A DNA stretch of 64,000 nucleotides from Gemmatimonas sp. (GCA_965279375.1 OZ257156.1:2048001-2112000); one strand, 5' to 3'. Shown: positions 23,822 through 34,243, counted from the stretch's first letter. A program made the numbers and translations. Notes: generated by a model from the letters alone, not told the origin.

Positions 23822-26155
23822 TTAGCGTTTCGGCGGCACCAGTTCGAGTACGACGCCCTGCAAGGCGTCCATCGCAATGGGCAGCGCGCCCGCGAGCGTG
23901 CGCAGTGTGCCGAGTGTGCGTGAACCTGTCTGGTCGTGCCGAACGACTCGCGTCGCGGACGGAAGGCCGTAGGCATTCGCGTCCAGCTGCACCGTGGCGG
24001 TGATCGGCTGCTGATTGATGCCGGCCAGTGCGATCGCGACGCGCCCGTCAGCGGCGCGCCAAGCGCCCGTGAGCACTTCGGGTGACTGCAGGTGCGCCTC
24101 GGTGGGTCCGCCCAGTCGTGCGGCGTAGATGGAGATGCGCGAAAGCAGCAGGTCCGCTGACGGGGAGCTGACGGCGGGCGCACGCAGGAACGTGCCGTAC
24201 TGGAAGAACTCGCGCAGCCCATAGCGCAGCGTTGCAAGCCGCTCGAGATAGTCGATTTCGCGTCGCCGTGCGGTGAGCTGGTCGGGGAGGAAATTGGCGA
24301 TGGTGGGCTGCATCCCCCAGACGAACATGCGCGCTTGCTCGAGATGGAATTGGCGCACGTACTTCTCATCGAGCAGCGTCATCGCCGTTGCCGGCCGCTT
24401 GGACGCGGGCCACAGCTCGTCATACGGCGGGAGTGTGAGCGACCCGTACGTGCCGTAGGTCAGTGCGTAGGCATGATAGGCTGCCTGAAACATCGGAATC
24501 ACTTCCCACCCGGACGCGGGATCGGCGTAGCGTTCCTGGCTCACCTGTAGCGTGAGGAATGCGTCGAGGTCGGGCATCCAGCTCTCACCGCCCCCTTCGC
24601 CGGCGAATCCTGCGGGGCGCCGTACATTGCGTGCGCGCAAATCGCGCGCGAGAGAGCGAAAGCCCTGCATCCAGTAGTTGCCACCGCCGACGGGATGGCC
24701 GTGGTCTGCGCTCCAGTCGATCAGGCTCAGCACCGCCTGATCCATGTAGATGCCATCGATGCCGTACTGCTTGAGCACCGTGTCGGCGATTCCTGCGTAC
24801 TTGTTGCGCCAGAACGGCGTGGCGATGTCCATCGTCGCGCACGGCAGCGGATCGAAGACGTTGTACACCTCCTCCCGAATGCTTCCGTCGCGTTCGCGCA
24901 CCGCAAAACGCTCGGCGCGTTCGCGCGTCCAGCTGGGTGTGTTGGTGCACCACAGCCGCTGGTTCATGTACACGATGGCGTGGAGTCCGGCGGCGTGCGC
25001 CTTGGCAACCGCGGTTGTGAACGGCGCCGCACCTTCGCGCGGGGGCAGGTAGTCGGGGAAGCTGGTGTCGTAGGGCCCGTTGTGCCACCAATGCCAGAAC
25101 ACGTTCACCGGCAGCTTGGCATCGGCCTGGAGCGCGGCCGCCGGCTCGAGCACCATCTCCGACTTGCCGCGATTCCACACCCAGAGCCCCGTGTTGCGCA
25201 TCCACGCCGGCGTGGTGTTGGTGCGCAGCCGGCTGTCGCGCGCCCAGTACTGCCGTGTGCCCCAGCGGCGATAACGCTCGATTGCACTCAGCCAGTCTCC
25301 CGCGACGACGCCGACCCTCGCGGCATACGTTGGTGCGTAGCTGTCGCTGCGCCCGGGATCGGAGAGCACGTGCACGACGTCATAGCCCGCGGTTCCGTCG
25401 CGCGTTCCCCACAGTGCAAAGCTCTTGCGATACGCGAGCGAATCGTCGGCGGCGAAGTACAGCCCGCCATCCGCTGCATTCGCCAACGAGAGCATTTGCA
25501 TCGAGGTTGCGCCGGGATAGGCGAACTCCAATCGGCGTCCCTTGCCCTCGGGGCCGGCGAGCATTGCTCGCGGATTGCGCGCCTTCTGCCCCATCCACGA
25601 CGGAACCGCCAGTTCGTCGTTCGCGCCAATCGCGATTCCCGTCACGCGAGGAAAGTGCACACGTTCCACGCGCGCATCGGCTGCTGCGGTCGCGCGTATT
25701 CCCTCAACGCGAAGGCGCCACGACGCGGTGGAGTCCGCATCGACGCGCACGGTGGCGACCACGCGAAGTCTGGGCGGTGCGGTGGCGGCGAAGCGATCCC
25801 AGGTCAGCACCAGCGCATTGCCGCGGCGCGCGGACACAAAGCGTCCAGCCTGCGCCGCGTTGATCGCGGAGGCGGTGCCTCCGGAAGCGGTGCCGCCCGA
25901 TGCGGTACCGTTTGGGAGCAGGTCAATGGACCAGAGGCCGATCGAGTCGGACTCGGTGCCGGCACGTTGCCGGCCGCGTCCATCGTGCAATGCGACGAGA
26001 TGGCCGTCGGTCGCGGAGAATGTCAGGCGAAGCGATGCATCGCCGAGTACGAGCGGTGGCTGCGCCGATTGTGCGCGTGAAACGCCGACGGGTGTACTGA
26101 GCAGCGCTGCGCAGGCAGCGGCGGAGAGAAGTCCGGGCTGCCTGAGCATGCGCAT
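23822..26155 (-). CDS. Secreted putative glycoside hydrolase (DUF6259-like TIM barrel)
   Basis: Signal peptide; W..W...YD..FPDY; AIVYMN; IDGIYMDQ; HGHPVGGGNYW; AGEG. Confidence 0.7.
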   Translation of the reverse strand: MRMLRQPGLLSAAACAALLSTPVGVSRAQSAQPPLVLGDASLRLTFSATDGHLVALHDGRGRQRAGTESDSIGLWSIDLLPNGTASGGTASGGTASAINAAQAGRFVSARRGNALVLTWDRFAATAPPRLRVVATVRVDADSTASWRLRVEGIRATAAADARVERVHFPRVTGIAIGANDELAVPSWMGQKARNPRAMLAGPEGKGRRLEFAYPGATSMQMLSLANAADGGLYFAADDSLAYRKSFALWGTRDGTAGYDVVHVLSDPGRSDSYAPTYAARVGVVAGDWLSAIERYRRWGTRQYWARDSRLRTNTTPAWMRNTGLWVWNRGKSEMVLEPAAALQADAKLPVNVFWHWWHNGPYDTSFPDYLPPREGAAPFTTAVAKAHAAGLHAIVYMNQRLWCTNTPSWTRERAERFAVRERDGSIREEVYNVFDPLPCATMDIATPFWRNKYAGIADTVLKQYGIDGIYMDQAVLSLIDWSADHGHPVGGGNYWMQGFRSLARDLRARNVRRPAGFAGEGGGESWMPDLDAFLTLQVSQERYADPASGWEVIPMFQAAYHAYALTYGTYGSLTLPPYDELWPASKRPATAMTLLDEKYVRQFHLEQARMFVWGMQPTIANFLPDQLTARRREIDYLERLATLRYGLREFFQYGTFLRAPAVSSPSADLLLSRISIYAARLGGPTEAHLQSPEVLTGAWRAADGRVAIALAGINQQPITATVQLDANAYGLPSATRVVRHDQTGSRTLGTLRTLAGALPIAMDALQGVVLELVPPKR

Positions 26156-26171
26156 GGTCTTATCGGGTCGG

Positions 26172-27422
26172 TTACTTGTACAGCAAGTAGGGCTTCACCT
26201 GCGCGGCGAACTTCGCGGCGTCGGCATCCCACTGCTTGATGAGCGCGTCCACCGTGTTGTTTTCGACGGCCTTCGTGAGTTGATCCGTGCCGGCCAGTCG
26301 GTCGATGGAGCGAGTGCGGCCCGCCGCATTCACCGACGGTTCGCGCCACTTGAACTCGTTCGGATGACGCGCGTAGAAGGTGCGCAACATGCGAATGCCA
26401 AGTTCGACGGGGCGCACGGCGTTGCGATCCGTGACGCGGACCTTGATCATCGGAATGGTCTTGCCCGCGAACTTGTAGCCGGTCTCGATGGTGCGCGTGG
26501 CGGTGTCGAACTTCACGCCGGGCAGCTTGAGTGCATTCAGCTCGGCGGCGACCGCCACGTTGTCCTTGAGGTAGTCCGCGCCGATGAGCGTGAACGGATC
26601 GTCGGTGCCTCGTCCTTCGGTGGCATTGGTGCCTTCGAAGAACACGGTGCCGGGGTAGAGCAGCTCCGCATCGAGGTTGCGCAGGTTGGGCGACGGATTC
26701 ACGCGCGGGATTCCCGTCTCGTCGAACCACATCGAGCGCTTGTAGTTCTTCATCGGGACCACGCTGATGTTCGCATTGATCGCCTTGGTGCCGGCGAGGA
26801 AACGCATCAGCTCACCGGGAGTGAGCCCGTAGCGCAGCGAGACGGCGTGCTGTCCCACCAGCGACGCGAACTTCATCTCGAGGATGTTTCCCTCGAAGCG
26901 GTCCGCGCGAATGGGATCGGGACGATCGAGGACGATGATCGGCTTGTTCGCCTTGGCGGCGAGCAACGCCAGCGTCCATTGGAAGGTGTACACGCGCGCG
27001 CCGACATCCTGAATATCGTACAGCACGACGTCGACATCCTTGAGCATGTCGGCCGTGGGTGACTCGACGTCGCCGTAGAGCGAGTACACCTTCACGCCAG
27101 TTGCGGAGTCCACGCCCGAGCTGACCTTCTCGCCGGCCTTGGCTACTCCACGAATACCGTGCTCCGGACCATACAACGCGGTGAGCTTGACGCCCGGAGC
27201 CTTGAAGAGCAGGTCGATGGAGCTGGTGCCCTTTCGGTCACGCCCGGAGTGGTTGGTGAGCAGGCCCACGCGCTTTCCCTTGATCAGGTGGAGCGAGTCG
27301 GAAATCAGGACTTCGATGCCCGGCACCACGCCCGGTGCGCGTTGCGCAACGATCGAGGAGAGTGGGCTGGCGCTGGCCAACGTGACCAGCAGCGCGAGAG
27401 CGCGACGGCGCGTGAGGTGCAT
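26172..27422 (-). CDS. namZ: Exo-beta-N-acetylmuramidase NamZ (DUF1343/GH171)
   Basis: RVGLLTNHSG, PEHGIRG, YDIQDVGARVYTF, LDRPDP, PSPNL, EGRGT. Confidence 0.92.
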   Translation of the reverse strand: MHLTRRRALALLVTLASASPLSSIVAQRAPGVVPGIEVLISDSLHLIKGKRVGLLTNHSGRDRKGTSSIDLLFKAPGVKLTALYGPEHGIRGVAKAGEKVSSGVDSATGVKVYSLYGDVESPTADMLKDVDVVLYDIQDVGARVYTFQWTLALLAAKANKPIIVLDRPDPIRADRFEGNILEMKFASLVGQHAVSLRYGLTPGELMRFLAGTKAINANISVVPMKNYKRSMWFDETGIPRVNPSPNLRNLDAELLYPGTVFFEGTNATEGRGTDDPFTLIGADYLKDNVAVAAELNALKLPGVKFDTATRTIETGYKFAGKTIPMIKVRVTDRNAVRPVELGIRMLRTFYARHPNEFKWREPSVNAAGRTRSIDRLAGTDQLTKAVENNTVDALIKQWDADAAKFAAQVKPYLLYK

Positions 27423-27451
27423 AAGGTGATTCAGCAGATGAGTGGGGTACT

Positions 27452-27880
27452 TCAGGAGTGGATGTAGCTCTGCAGCTGCTCGATGGTCGACTCGTGATCG
27501 GCGATGATGTCGTCCATCAAGTCGCGAATGGAGATCATGCCGAGTACCGTGTCACCGTCCAGCACGGGGAGATGCCGGAACTTCTTGGCGCTCATGATTG
27601 CCATGCAGTCACGTGTGCGCGTTTGCGCCGTCACCGTGAAGACTTCTGAGCTCATGATTTCCGACACCAGCGTTTCCTTCGAGTTGCGTCCTTGGAGCGT
27701 GATCTTGCGCGTGTAGTCGCGCTCGGAGAAGACGCCGACGAGGCGGTCACCGTCGAGTACGAGCAGCGCGCCCACATCCAGTCGGGCCAGCGTGCTCAGT
27801 GCGTCGAAAACGGTTTGATCGGGACGAACGGCCCACAGGGTACCGTCGTGCTTCTTGAGCAGATCTGCAACGCTTTTCAT
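27452..27880 (-). CDS. CBS-domain pair protein
   Basis: VGALLV...GVFSERDY and FRHLPV...GMISIRDL. Confidence 0.92.
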   Translation of the reverse strand: MKSVADLLKKHDGTLWAVRPDQTVFDALSTLARLDVGALLVLDGDRLVGVFSERDYTRKITLQGRNSKETLVSEIMSSEVFTVTAQTRTRDCMAIMSAKKFRHLPVLDGDTVLGMISIRDLMDDIIADHESTIEQLQSYIHS

Positions 27881-28004
27881 GGCAGGCTCCCGGGGAGGGG
27901 CGGAGGGAGCCTAAAGCGTACGGCTCCCCGGGCGTTGGCGCCATACGGTTCCGCGAAGTGGCGGGGACGATAAACCCTCGCGCGGCGAGCGGCATCGTAT
28001 CAAC

Positions 28005-28601
28005 GTGTCGCTACCAATTCCGCTCGCCGTGAACCACTCTCCCCCTCGTGAGGCCCGGATCGACCCGACGGTGCTGGCCGCGCAGCGCGGAGAGGAGGCG
28101 GCCTTTGCGTTGCTCTATGACGCGCATTCGGCGCGCGTGTTTGCCCTGTGCCTGGGGCTGGCCGGCGATCGCGTGCTCGCCGGTGAGCTGGTACAGGACG
28201 TCTTCGTTCGCGTCTGGGAACGACTTGGCACCTTCCGCGGCGACAGCGCCTTCGGCACGTGGCTGCATCGCCTGGCTGTGAACGTGGTGCTGGAGTCGGA
28301 GCGGCGAGGGCGCCGTCGATCGCTGCGCGTGCAGGCCATGGCCGATCTCCGCGACGACACGCGGTTGGCGATGGGCAGCGTCCCGATCTCCGCGGCCGCG
28401 GGCGCGGACCCGGGGTTGTCGATGGACATGGAGACGGCGATCAGCCGCCTCCCAGCGGGCGCACGCACCGTTTTTGTGTTGCACGACATCGAAGGGTTCC
28501 AGCACGGCGAAATCGCCCAACAGCTTGGCATCGCCGAGGGCACCTCCAAGGCACATCTCTTTCGCGCACGTCGACACCTCCGGGAGATGCTTGGCCCATG
28601 A
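28005..28601 (+). CDS. ECF RNA polymerase sigma factor
   Basis: LVQDVFVRVW, FGTWLHRLAVN, LP...R.VFVLHDIEG..H.EIA..LGI..GTSKAHLFRAR. Confidence 0.93.
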   Translation: MSLPIPLAVNHSPPREARIDPTVLAAQRGEEAAFALLYDAHSARVFALCLGLAGDRVLAGELVQDVFVRVWERLGTFRGDSAFGTWLHRLAVNVVLESERRGRRRSLRVQAMADLRDDTRLAMGSVPISAAAGADPGLSMDMETAISRLPAGARTVFVLHDIEGFQHGEIAQQLGIAEGTSKAHLFRARRHLREMLGP

Positions 28602-29173
28602 CCTGTCAGCAGCTTGACCAGCAGATCGCCGCGTACGTCGCGGGCGAGCTTTCCGAACACGACGCGCGGGCGCTTGAAGCGCACGCGAGTGCGTGCGAGG
28701 CATGTGAGCGCCGCCTCGATGCGGCCACAACTGTCACCGCGAGGTCGTTTGCACCACCGGCGCCTCCCGAGTTGCGCGACGAGACGCTGCGCGCGGTGCG
28801 GGAGCGGCGCGCGCAGGCTGCATCGTCTTCGCGTGAGCGTCGGCGTTGGATTGGTGCACTCACCGGTCTCGCCGCAGCGGCGGTGCTGGTGATTGCCGTC
28901 TTCTCGTCCCGTCGGGGGCCGGTGCCGGTAGCGGACACCACGCTTGCCGTCGCACTGCCGGACGGCCGTGATAGTGCGATGCAGCTGACGCCTGACATTT
29001 CCGCGGCAGACTCGGAGGCGAGGACGGAGTTTGCTGCGCTGGATGCAGCGGCCGCGGAGCTGCGTTCGGCGCTCGAAGGCGCGCCCAATGATCCGGAGCT
29101 TCGCGCCTTTCTCTCAGCGGTGATCGATCGTCGCGCTGAGCTGGCCCAGCGCGTGAAGGACGCAAGCCTGTGA
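28598..29173 (+). CDS. Zinc-finger (zf-HC2) transmembrane anti-sigma factor
   Basis: MTC...HASACEAC (HxxxCxxC), one TM helix; ATGA overlap with the sigma gene. Confidence 0.88.
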   Translation: MTCQQLDQQIAAYVAGELSEHDARALEAHASACEACERRLDAATTVTARSFAPPAPPELRDETLRAVRERRAQAASSSRERRRWIGALTGLAAAAVLVIAVFSSRRGPVPVADTTLAVALPDGRDSAMQLTPDISAADSEARTEFAALDAAAAELRSALEGAPNDPELRAFLSAVIDRRAELAQRVKDASL

Positions 29174-30015
29174 CGACGCGGCGCTGGCAGGTCTTACTCG
29201 CATGCATCGGAGCGCTGTTGGGGCCGCGCGCGCTGCAGGCGCAGCAGGCAACACCGCTGCGAGGCTTCGCCGCTGCACCGGACGTGCGCATGCGGATTTT
29301 CGTGCCGACGGGTCGGGTGCGCGTTGGCGTGTGGGATCGCGACTCGATCGCGATCTCTGGCACGATCGGCAAGGCGTCGTCGATGTTCGGCGGCGGCACG
29401 CGGGCATACGTGAAGTTTGGCGTGGAGCCGCTGCGTACGGGTGACAGCAAGCTCGCAGAAGCGGACTGGGTGGTGACGATCCCTCGCAAGGCGCATCTAT
29501 GGGTGAAGTTGACCAACGGCGAGATCGAGACCGATGGGACGTCCGGTGAAACCGAGCTGTACGCGATCGGTGGGCGCATCACGGTGCGTCGTGCAAGCGG
29601 TGTCGTGTCGGTCGAGTCGATCGACGCAGCGGTCACGCTGGACGACGTGAGCGGAGACGTGCGCGTGCGTGGCGGAAAGGCCGCCGTGGTGTTGCGCAAC
29701 GTGCGTGGCACTGCATCGGTGGCCACGATCAGCGGACGTGTGAGCATCGCCGGCACGCGTGCGCCCGACTGTCGTGTGGAAACGATCGGCGGCGACATCG
29801 AGATCGATGCCGTACCCGACGGCGTCACCTGGGAGTTGCAGACGCATTCGGGCGCCATCGCGCTGCGTCTCGATGCCGCTCGTCTTCCCCTACTCGAATT
29901 GACCACACGCAGCGGCGTGCTGCAGTGGGACAAGCGCGGAGGGGACGCGCGCAACGGACGTGTCGTAGCGCGTTCGTTCAAGGGGGCGATCAGCGTGGGT
30001 TACAGAGCGAAGTAG
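29170..30015 (+). CDS. DUF4097-family beta-strand repeat protein
   Basis: Signal peptide; repeated TxxGxI units; GTGA coupling to the anti-sigma gene. Confidence 0.8.
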   Translation: MTTRRWQVLLACIGALLGPRALQAQQATPLRGFAAAPDVRMRIFVPTGRVRVGVWDRDSIAISGTIGKASSMFGGGTRAYVKFGVEPLRTGDSKLAEADWVVTIPRKAHLWVKLTNGEIETDGTSGETELYAIGGRITVRRASGVVSVESIDAAVTLDDVSGDVRVRGGKAAVVLRNVRGTASVATISGRVSIAGTRAPDCRVETIGGDIEIDAVPDGVTWELQTHSGAIALRLDAARLPLLELTTRSGVLQWDKRGGDARNGRVVARSFKGAISVGYRAK

Positions 30016-30112
30016 ACTCGAAGGCGAGTCGGAGTAAACGGCAAGCCGCATCGTGTCATCAAACCGGCGTAGGTACTGAACGTTCGTGTTCACCCCTTTG
30101 CCGGAGCCGACC

Positions 30113-30619
30113 ATGCTTCAACTCGCTAACCGACTGCTGCAGCGCGCCACGATACCAATGGCACTCGCTGCCACGATGGGATTCACCAGCCGCATGGGGC
30201 CACCGCGCGTGCATGTCGCGCCGGTGACCGACGCAGCGCTGGCCGCCTCGGGTGCTGTGCTTCAAATCGATGGTGCGCATCATGATGGAGTGGACGCGCT
30301 CACTGTGACCGGGCGAATGCTCATCACCGTGGACGGACGTCGCAACTTCAAGCCGATGACACTCGTGCGCCGGAGACCCGGTCACTACACCGTGACGCGG
30401 CAGTGGCCGGTGGGCACGCCGTCGGTGCTTGTGTTTGCTGCAGAGCAGGGGCCAAACGGCTCGCATGGCGTCGCCGAGGCGATCGTCGCGATCGATGCCA
30501 AGGGAGCGATCGTGTCGACGGACTATCCGGCGGCGGGGTGGATCACCAACACCGACATCCCCAAGCGGCTCACGGACCGCGAGGTGGTATCGGCGCTGTC
30601 GGCGATCCCGGTGCGCTGA
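30113..30619 (+). CDS. Hypothetical exported protein
   Basis: GGAG RBS before ATG 30113; hydrophobic N-terminus; GC3-biased frame. Confidence 0.65.
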   Translation: MLQLANRLLQRATIPMALAATMGFTSRMGPPRVHVAPVTDAALAASGAVLQIDGAHHDGVDALTVTGRMLITVDGRRNFKPMTLVRRRPGHYTVTRQWPVGTPSVLVFAAEQGPNGSHGVAEAIVAIDAKGAIVSTDYPAAGWITNTDIPKRLTDREVVSALSAIPVR

Positions 30620-30725
30620 TTTTCGACGCGGATTCGTATCATCAGCGCCACGGCCACCACCTTCTTGCCGTTCCTGCCTATTTTGCACGATCACCGAATG
30701 TGGTCCGTACTCATTCTCAGGTGTC

Positions 30726-33017
30726 GTGCTCCTTTCTCCTCTGATCACTCTGGCGGCGGGACTCTCCACGGCGCAGCTGCCGCCCGTGAGCGTCGACTCC
30801 ACCGGAATCGTGCAGGGTCGCGTCGTCGAGGCTACGACGGGACTTCCTGTGGCCTCGGCGTCGGTCGTATTGCGAGGGACGCGGACCGGTACCGCGAGTC
30901 GAGACGATGGTCGCTTTGTGCTCGCTCGCGTACCCGCGGGCTCCGCGGCGATCATCGTGGGGCGCATCGGATATCGCACTGATACGCTGCTCGTCACCGT
31001 GCGGCGTGGAGACACGACCACGCTCACGGCGACGCTGCAGCCGTCCACTGCGCAGCTGCAGACGGTGCAAGTCGCGGCGGCTGCGACGGAACGCGAGCAG
31101 TTTCGCCTGTCGGCCGGACCCGGCGTCGTCAGTGTGCGCGGCGAAACGCTCAAGCGCGTGCCGGTCATCGGCGAGCCCGATGTACTGCGCGTGGTGCAAT
31201 TGCTCCCCGGCGTCGTGGCGACCAACGACTTCACGGCGGGCTACAATGTGCGCGGTGGTGAGAGCGACCAGAATCTCGTATTGCTCGACGGATTCCCGAT
31301 CTACAATCCATTCCATCTGGGCGGCCTCTTCGGGACGTTCATCGATGAAACGGTGGGCGAATTCGAGCTGATCCCCGGCGGGTTTCCCGCACGGTACGGC
31401 TCGCGATTGTCGAGCGTGCTCAGTGTCGTACCCAAGGAAGAAGCGCGCAGCGGAGTGCACGGCGCGGCCTCGGTGTCCCTGTTGGCGAGCACGCTGTCCC
31501 TGGGCGGCACGGTGCGTGGCGCGACGAGCTGGAACGTGGCTGCGCGCCGCACGTATGCCGATCGATTTGTCGCGCTGCTGAGCGAACAGCAACTGCCTTA
31601 CTACTTCACCGATATGCAAGCGCATCTGCGTCATCGGCTGCGCAACGGCGGCGTGCTGTCGGTGACGGCCTACGGCGGCCAGGATGTGCTCGATGCATCG
31701 CTGGCGTCGTTCGGCGACTCCACGCAGGCCGGCGGCGGAAACCTGCGATTCGACTGGGGCAACTCCCTGCTCGGCGTGGCGTACACACAACCGCTCGGCG
31801 CACGATGGGGCGGCGACTCCACGCGCGTCATGCAGCGCCTCTCATTCACCGGCTTTGGCACGAAGCTCGATCTCGGCTCTGGTGCGCTGCGCTTCGTGAA
31901 TCGTTTGCGCGACTCGCGCGCATGGGGCGAGCTGTCGCGCTGGCGCGGCGCGCACGAGACGCTGTTGGGTTATGAGTTTTCCGCGCTGCGTACTAGGTAC
32001 GACGTGCAGGCGCAGGCGTCCGCTGACCCGATTCTCGCCGTGGGGCAACAACCGACCGCGGCGGCGGTCTACCTCGATCACACAGTGCGCGGTCAGCGCC
32101 TGTTGGTGCGAGCCGGACTGCGCGGCGAAACGGTGACGGGCACGGGGTGGTCCGGGCTCTCGCCGCGACTGTCGCTCAAGTGGTTCGCCACACCCAGCCT
32201 CGCGATCACGGTGGCGGGTGGGAGCACCACGCAGTGGACGCCGGCGTTGCGAAACGAGCAGGCACCAATCCGCATCTTCGATTTCTGGCTGACTGCAGAC
32301 CGGAATACGCCGGTGGCACGCGCGTGGCAGAGCAGCGTGGGCGGTGAGCAGTGGTTCGGTCGTTCGCGCTTCGTGCGGCTGGAGGGCTGGGTGAAGCGCT
32401 ACAGCAACCTGCCATCGTCCAACCTGTTCAACGACCCGGAGGTGCAGGGCGACGAGTTCATCGTGACCTCTGGGCAGTCACACGGCGTCGATTTGCTGGT
32501 CCGGCAGTTGGAGAGCGAAAGAGTGTCGGGGTGGATTGCATACTCGTACGCGCGGAGCTGGCGGAACGGTGCGACGGCGCGCTTTGCGCCGGTGCAGGAT
32601 CGGCGACACAACCTGAACGTGGTCACGTCATATCGGCCGGGCGGCAAGTGGAGCTACGGCGCACGTCTTGGCCTCGGCACTGGCACTCCGTTCACCGATG
32701 TCGTGGGTCAGCTGGTGCGTCGGCGATACGACCCACTCACCAACAGCTTCAGCACCGACAATCTGGATGTGTCTCGCGAGCCCATTGGCGGTGTGCGAAA
32801 CGGCGCGCGCTTTCCGCTGTTTCAACGAGTGGACTTGAGCGCCACGCGCACCAGACCGGGTCGGCGAACGTGGGCGCCGTACGTGTCCATCGTGAACGCG
32901 TACAACGCGCGCAACGTCTTCACCTACTTCTTCGACTACGGCGACAACCCGCCCACGCGCACGGCGATCTCGCAGTTCCCCTTCATTCCGACACTCGGGG
33001 TCACGGTCTCATGGTAG
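30726..33017 (+). CDS. TonB-dependent receptor
   Basis: GEPDVLRVVQLLPGV, VRGGESDQNLVLLDG, GGFPARYGSRLSSV, C-terminal W; start approximate (GTG). Confidence 0.9.
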   Translation: MLLSPLITLAAGLSTAQLPPVSVDSTGIVQGRVVEATTGLPVASASVVLRGTRTGTASRDDGRFVLARVPAGSAAIIVGRIGYRTDTLLVTVRRGDTTTLTATLQPSTAQLQTVQVAAAATEREQFRLSAGPGVVSVRGETLKRVPVIGEPDVLRVVQLLPGVVATNDFTAGYNVRGGESDQNLVLLDGFPIYNPFHLGGLFGTFIDETVGEFELIPGGFPARYGSRLSSVLSVVPKEEARSGVHGAASVSLLASTLSLGGTVRGATSWNVAARRTYADRFVALLSEQQLPYYFTDMQAHLRHRLRNGGVLSVTAYGGQDVLDASLASFGDSTQAGGGNLRFDWGNSLLGVAYTQPLGARWGGDSTRVMQRLSFTGFGTKLDLGSGALRFVNRLRDSRAWGELSRWRGAHETLLGYEFSALRTRYDVQAQASADPILAVGQQPTAAAVYLDHTVRGQRLLVRAGLRGETVTGTGWSGLSPRLSLKWFATPSLAITVAGGSTTQWTPALRNEQAPIRIFDFWLTADRNTPVARAWQSSVGGEQWFGRSRFVRLEGWVKRYSNLPSSNLFNDPEVQGDEFIVTSGQSHGVDLLVRQLESERVSGWIAYSYARSWRNGATARFAPVQDRRHNLNVVTSYRPGGKWSYGARLGLGTGTPFTDVVGQLVRRRYDPLTNSFSTDNLDVSREPIGGVRNGARFPLFQRVDLSATRTRPGRRTWAPYVSIVNAYNARNVFTYFFDYGDNPPTRTAISQFPFIPTLGVTVSW

Positions 33018-34243
33018 CGCGCCACAGAACGCGTGCAGCGATGCCTGGCGCGATACGCGGTGCGATGCGCGGTGCGATGCGCGGTGCGCGCCGCACGTCA
33101 CTCCTCGTGGGCACGCTCGCGCTCAGCGGACTCTGGGCGTGCGAGGCGGCGCCGGTGGAGGTGGTCTCGCCGGCGGCGTCCATCGTGATCCACGCCGTGC
33201 TCAATCCCGATGAAACTGAGCAGGTGATACTGGTGGAGGCCTCGCTCACGGGGCGCGTCGACATCAACTACGGGCTCAAGTTCGATCCGCTCGATCCGAT
33301 TCGCACTGCGGCGGGTTCGCCTCTCTCAGGCGCCGATGTGCGGTTGCTGCCGGAAGGCGACACGGTGGGGGTGCGCGCCGTCGAAACGATCGTGCGATCG
33401 CGCGGCACCGGGCGTTACGTCGTGTCGAGGTCCGCGCTCGTGGTCCAACCGGGTCGTCGGTATCGCCTGCGCGTGCGCACGACAGACAATCGTGAGGTGA
33501 CCGGCGAGACGCTGGTCCCCGGTGCACCACCAGGTTGGGCGGTTGGTTCTGGCGCACAGGTCACACCGCTCACACTCGACCGGAGTCGCGATACGCTGAC
33601 ACTGCGCTGGAGCGCGGTGCCGTCTGCGCGCACGTACGCCCTGTGGGTGGGAACGCCGTACGGACCGTGGGCACTCTTCGCTGACTCCACGGTGTTCACG
33701 CTCTCCGGTGGTCAGCGCAACTTCCTCGCCGGCGGACTGCCCTCGGTATGGTTTCCGGGGTTTGTGCAAACGGCCGCGGTGGTGGCGGTGGATGCCAACT
33801 TCTACGACTACAACCGCTCGGGGAATGACCCTTTTGGTGGCACGGGGCTGATCAGCAGTGTGAAGGGCGGCATCGGGCTGTTCGGCAGCGTCATCAACAT
33901 GCTGCGGCGTGAAGTCTCGGTGACCGATCGGGCGCGTGTGCCGCTCGACGCGCGTTGGCGCGGCGTCACGTCTTCAGGTTCGACCGCGGAGATGGATCTC
34001 TGGGTCGATGTGGCGGGACCGACGGTGAGTTCGGTGAGCGGCCGAGAATCCACGCTCGCTCGGCGCTTCCTGCTGGGGACGCTCCGCGGAGAAAGTTTGC
34101 GTCTCGTGACGCTGGCGGCCGGTTCGAGCGCGGACACGGTGGCGGTCTTCTCCGCGCGCCTTGCCGGAGACTCGCTGGTCGGCAGCTACGACGGACGGTT
34201 CGCCACGACCGGCGCACGCGTCTTTCGGCGGGTGGTGCGCTAA
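33011..34243 (+). CDS. DUF4249-like lipoprotein partner of the TonB receptor
   Basis: Lipobox LWA-C; PGRRYRLRV; NFYDY...SSVKGGIGLFGS; overlaps the receptor stop. Confidence 0.75.
   Translation: MVARHRTRAAMPGAIRGAMRGAMRGARRTSLLVGTLALSGLWACEAAPVEVVSPAASIVIHAVLNPDETEQVILVEASLTGRVDINYGLKFDPLDPIRTAAGSPLSGADVRLLPEGDTVGVRAVETIVRSRGTGRYVVSRSALVVQPGRRYRLRVRTTDNREVTGETLVPGAPPGWAVGSGAQVTPLTLDRSRDTLTLRWSAVPSARTYALWVGTPYGPWALFADSTVFTLSGGQRNFLAGGLPSVWFPGFVQTAAVVAVDANFYDYNRSGNDPFGGTGLISSVKGGIGLFGSVINMLRREVSVTDRARVPLDARWRGVTSSGSTAEMDLWVDVAGPTVSSVSGRESTLARRFLLGTLRGESLRLVTLAAGSSADTVAVFSARLAGDSLVGSYDGRFATTGARVFRRVVR
33038..33088 (+). repeat. 12-bp tandem repeat x4 in the start region (gcgatgcgcggt)
   Basis: gcgatgcctggc gcgatacgcggt gcgatgcgcggt gcgatgcgcggt, encoding AMPG-AIRG-AMRG-AMRG. 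Confidence 0.8.

Noticed and set aside
27960..28004. Autoregulatory ECF promoter (AAAC...CGTA) upstream of the sigma gene
   Set aside because: The spacing between the candidate elements is longer than the usual ECF spacing, so it cannot be supported by eye.
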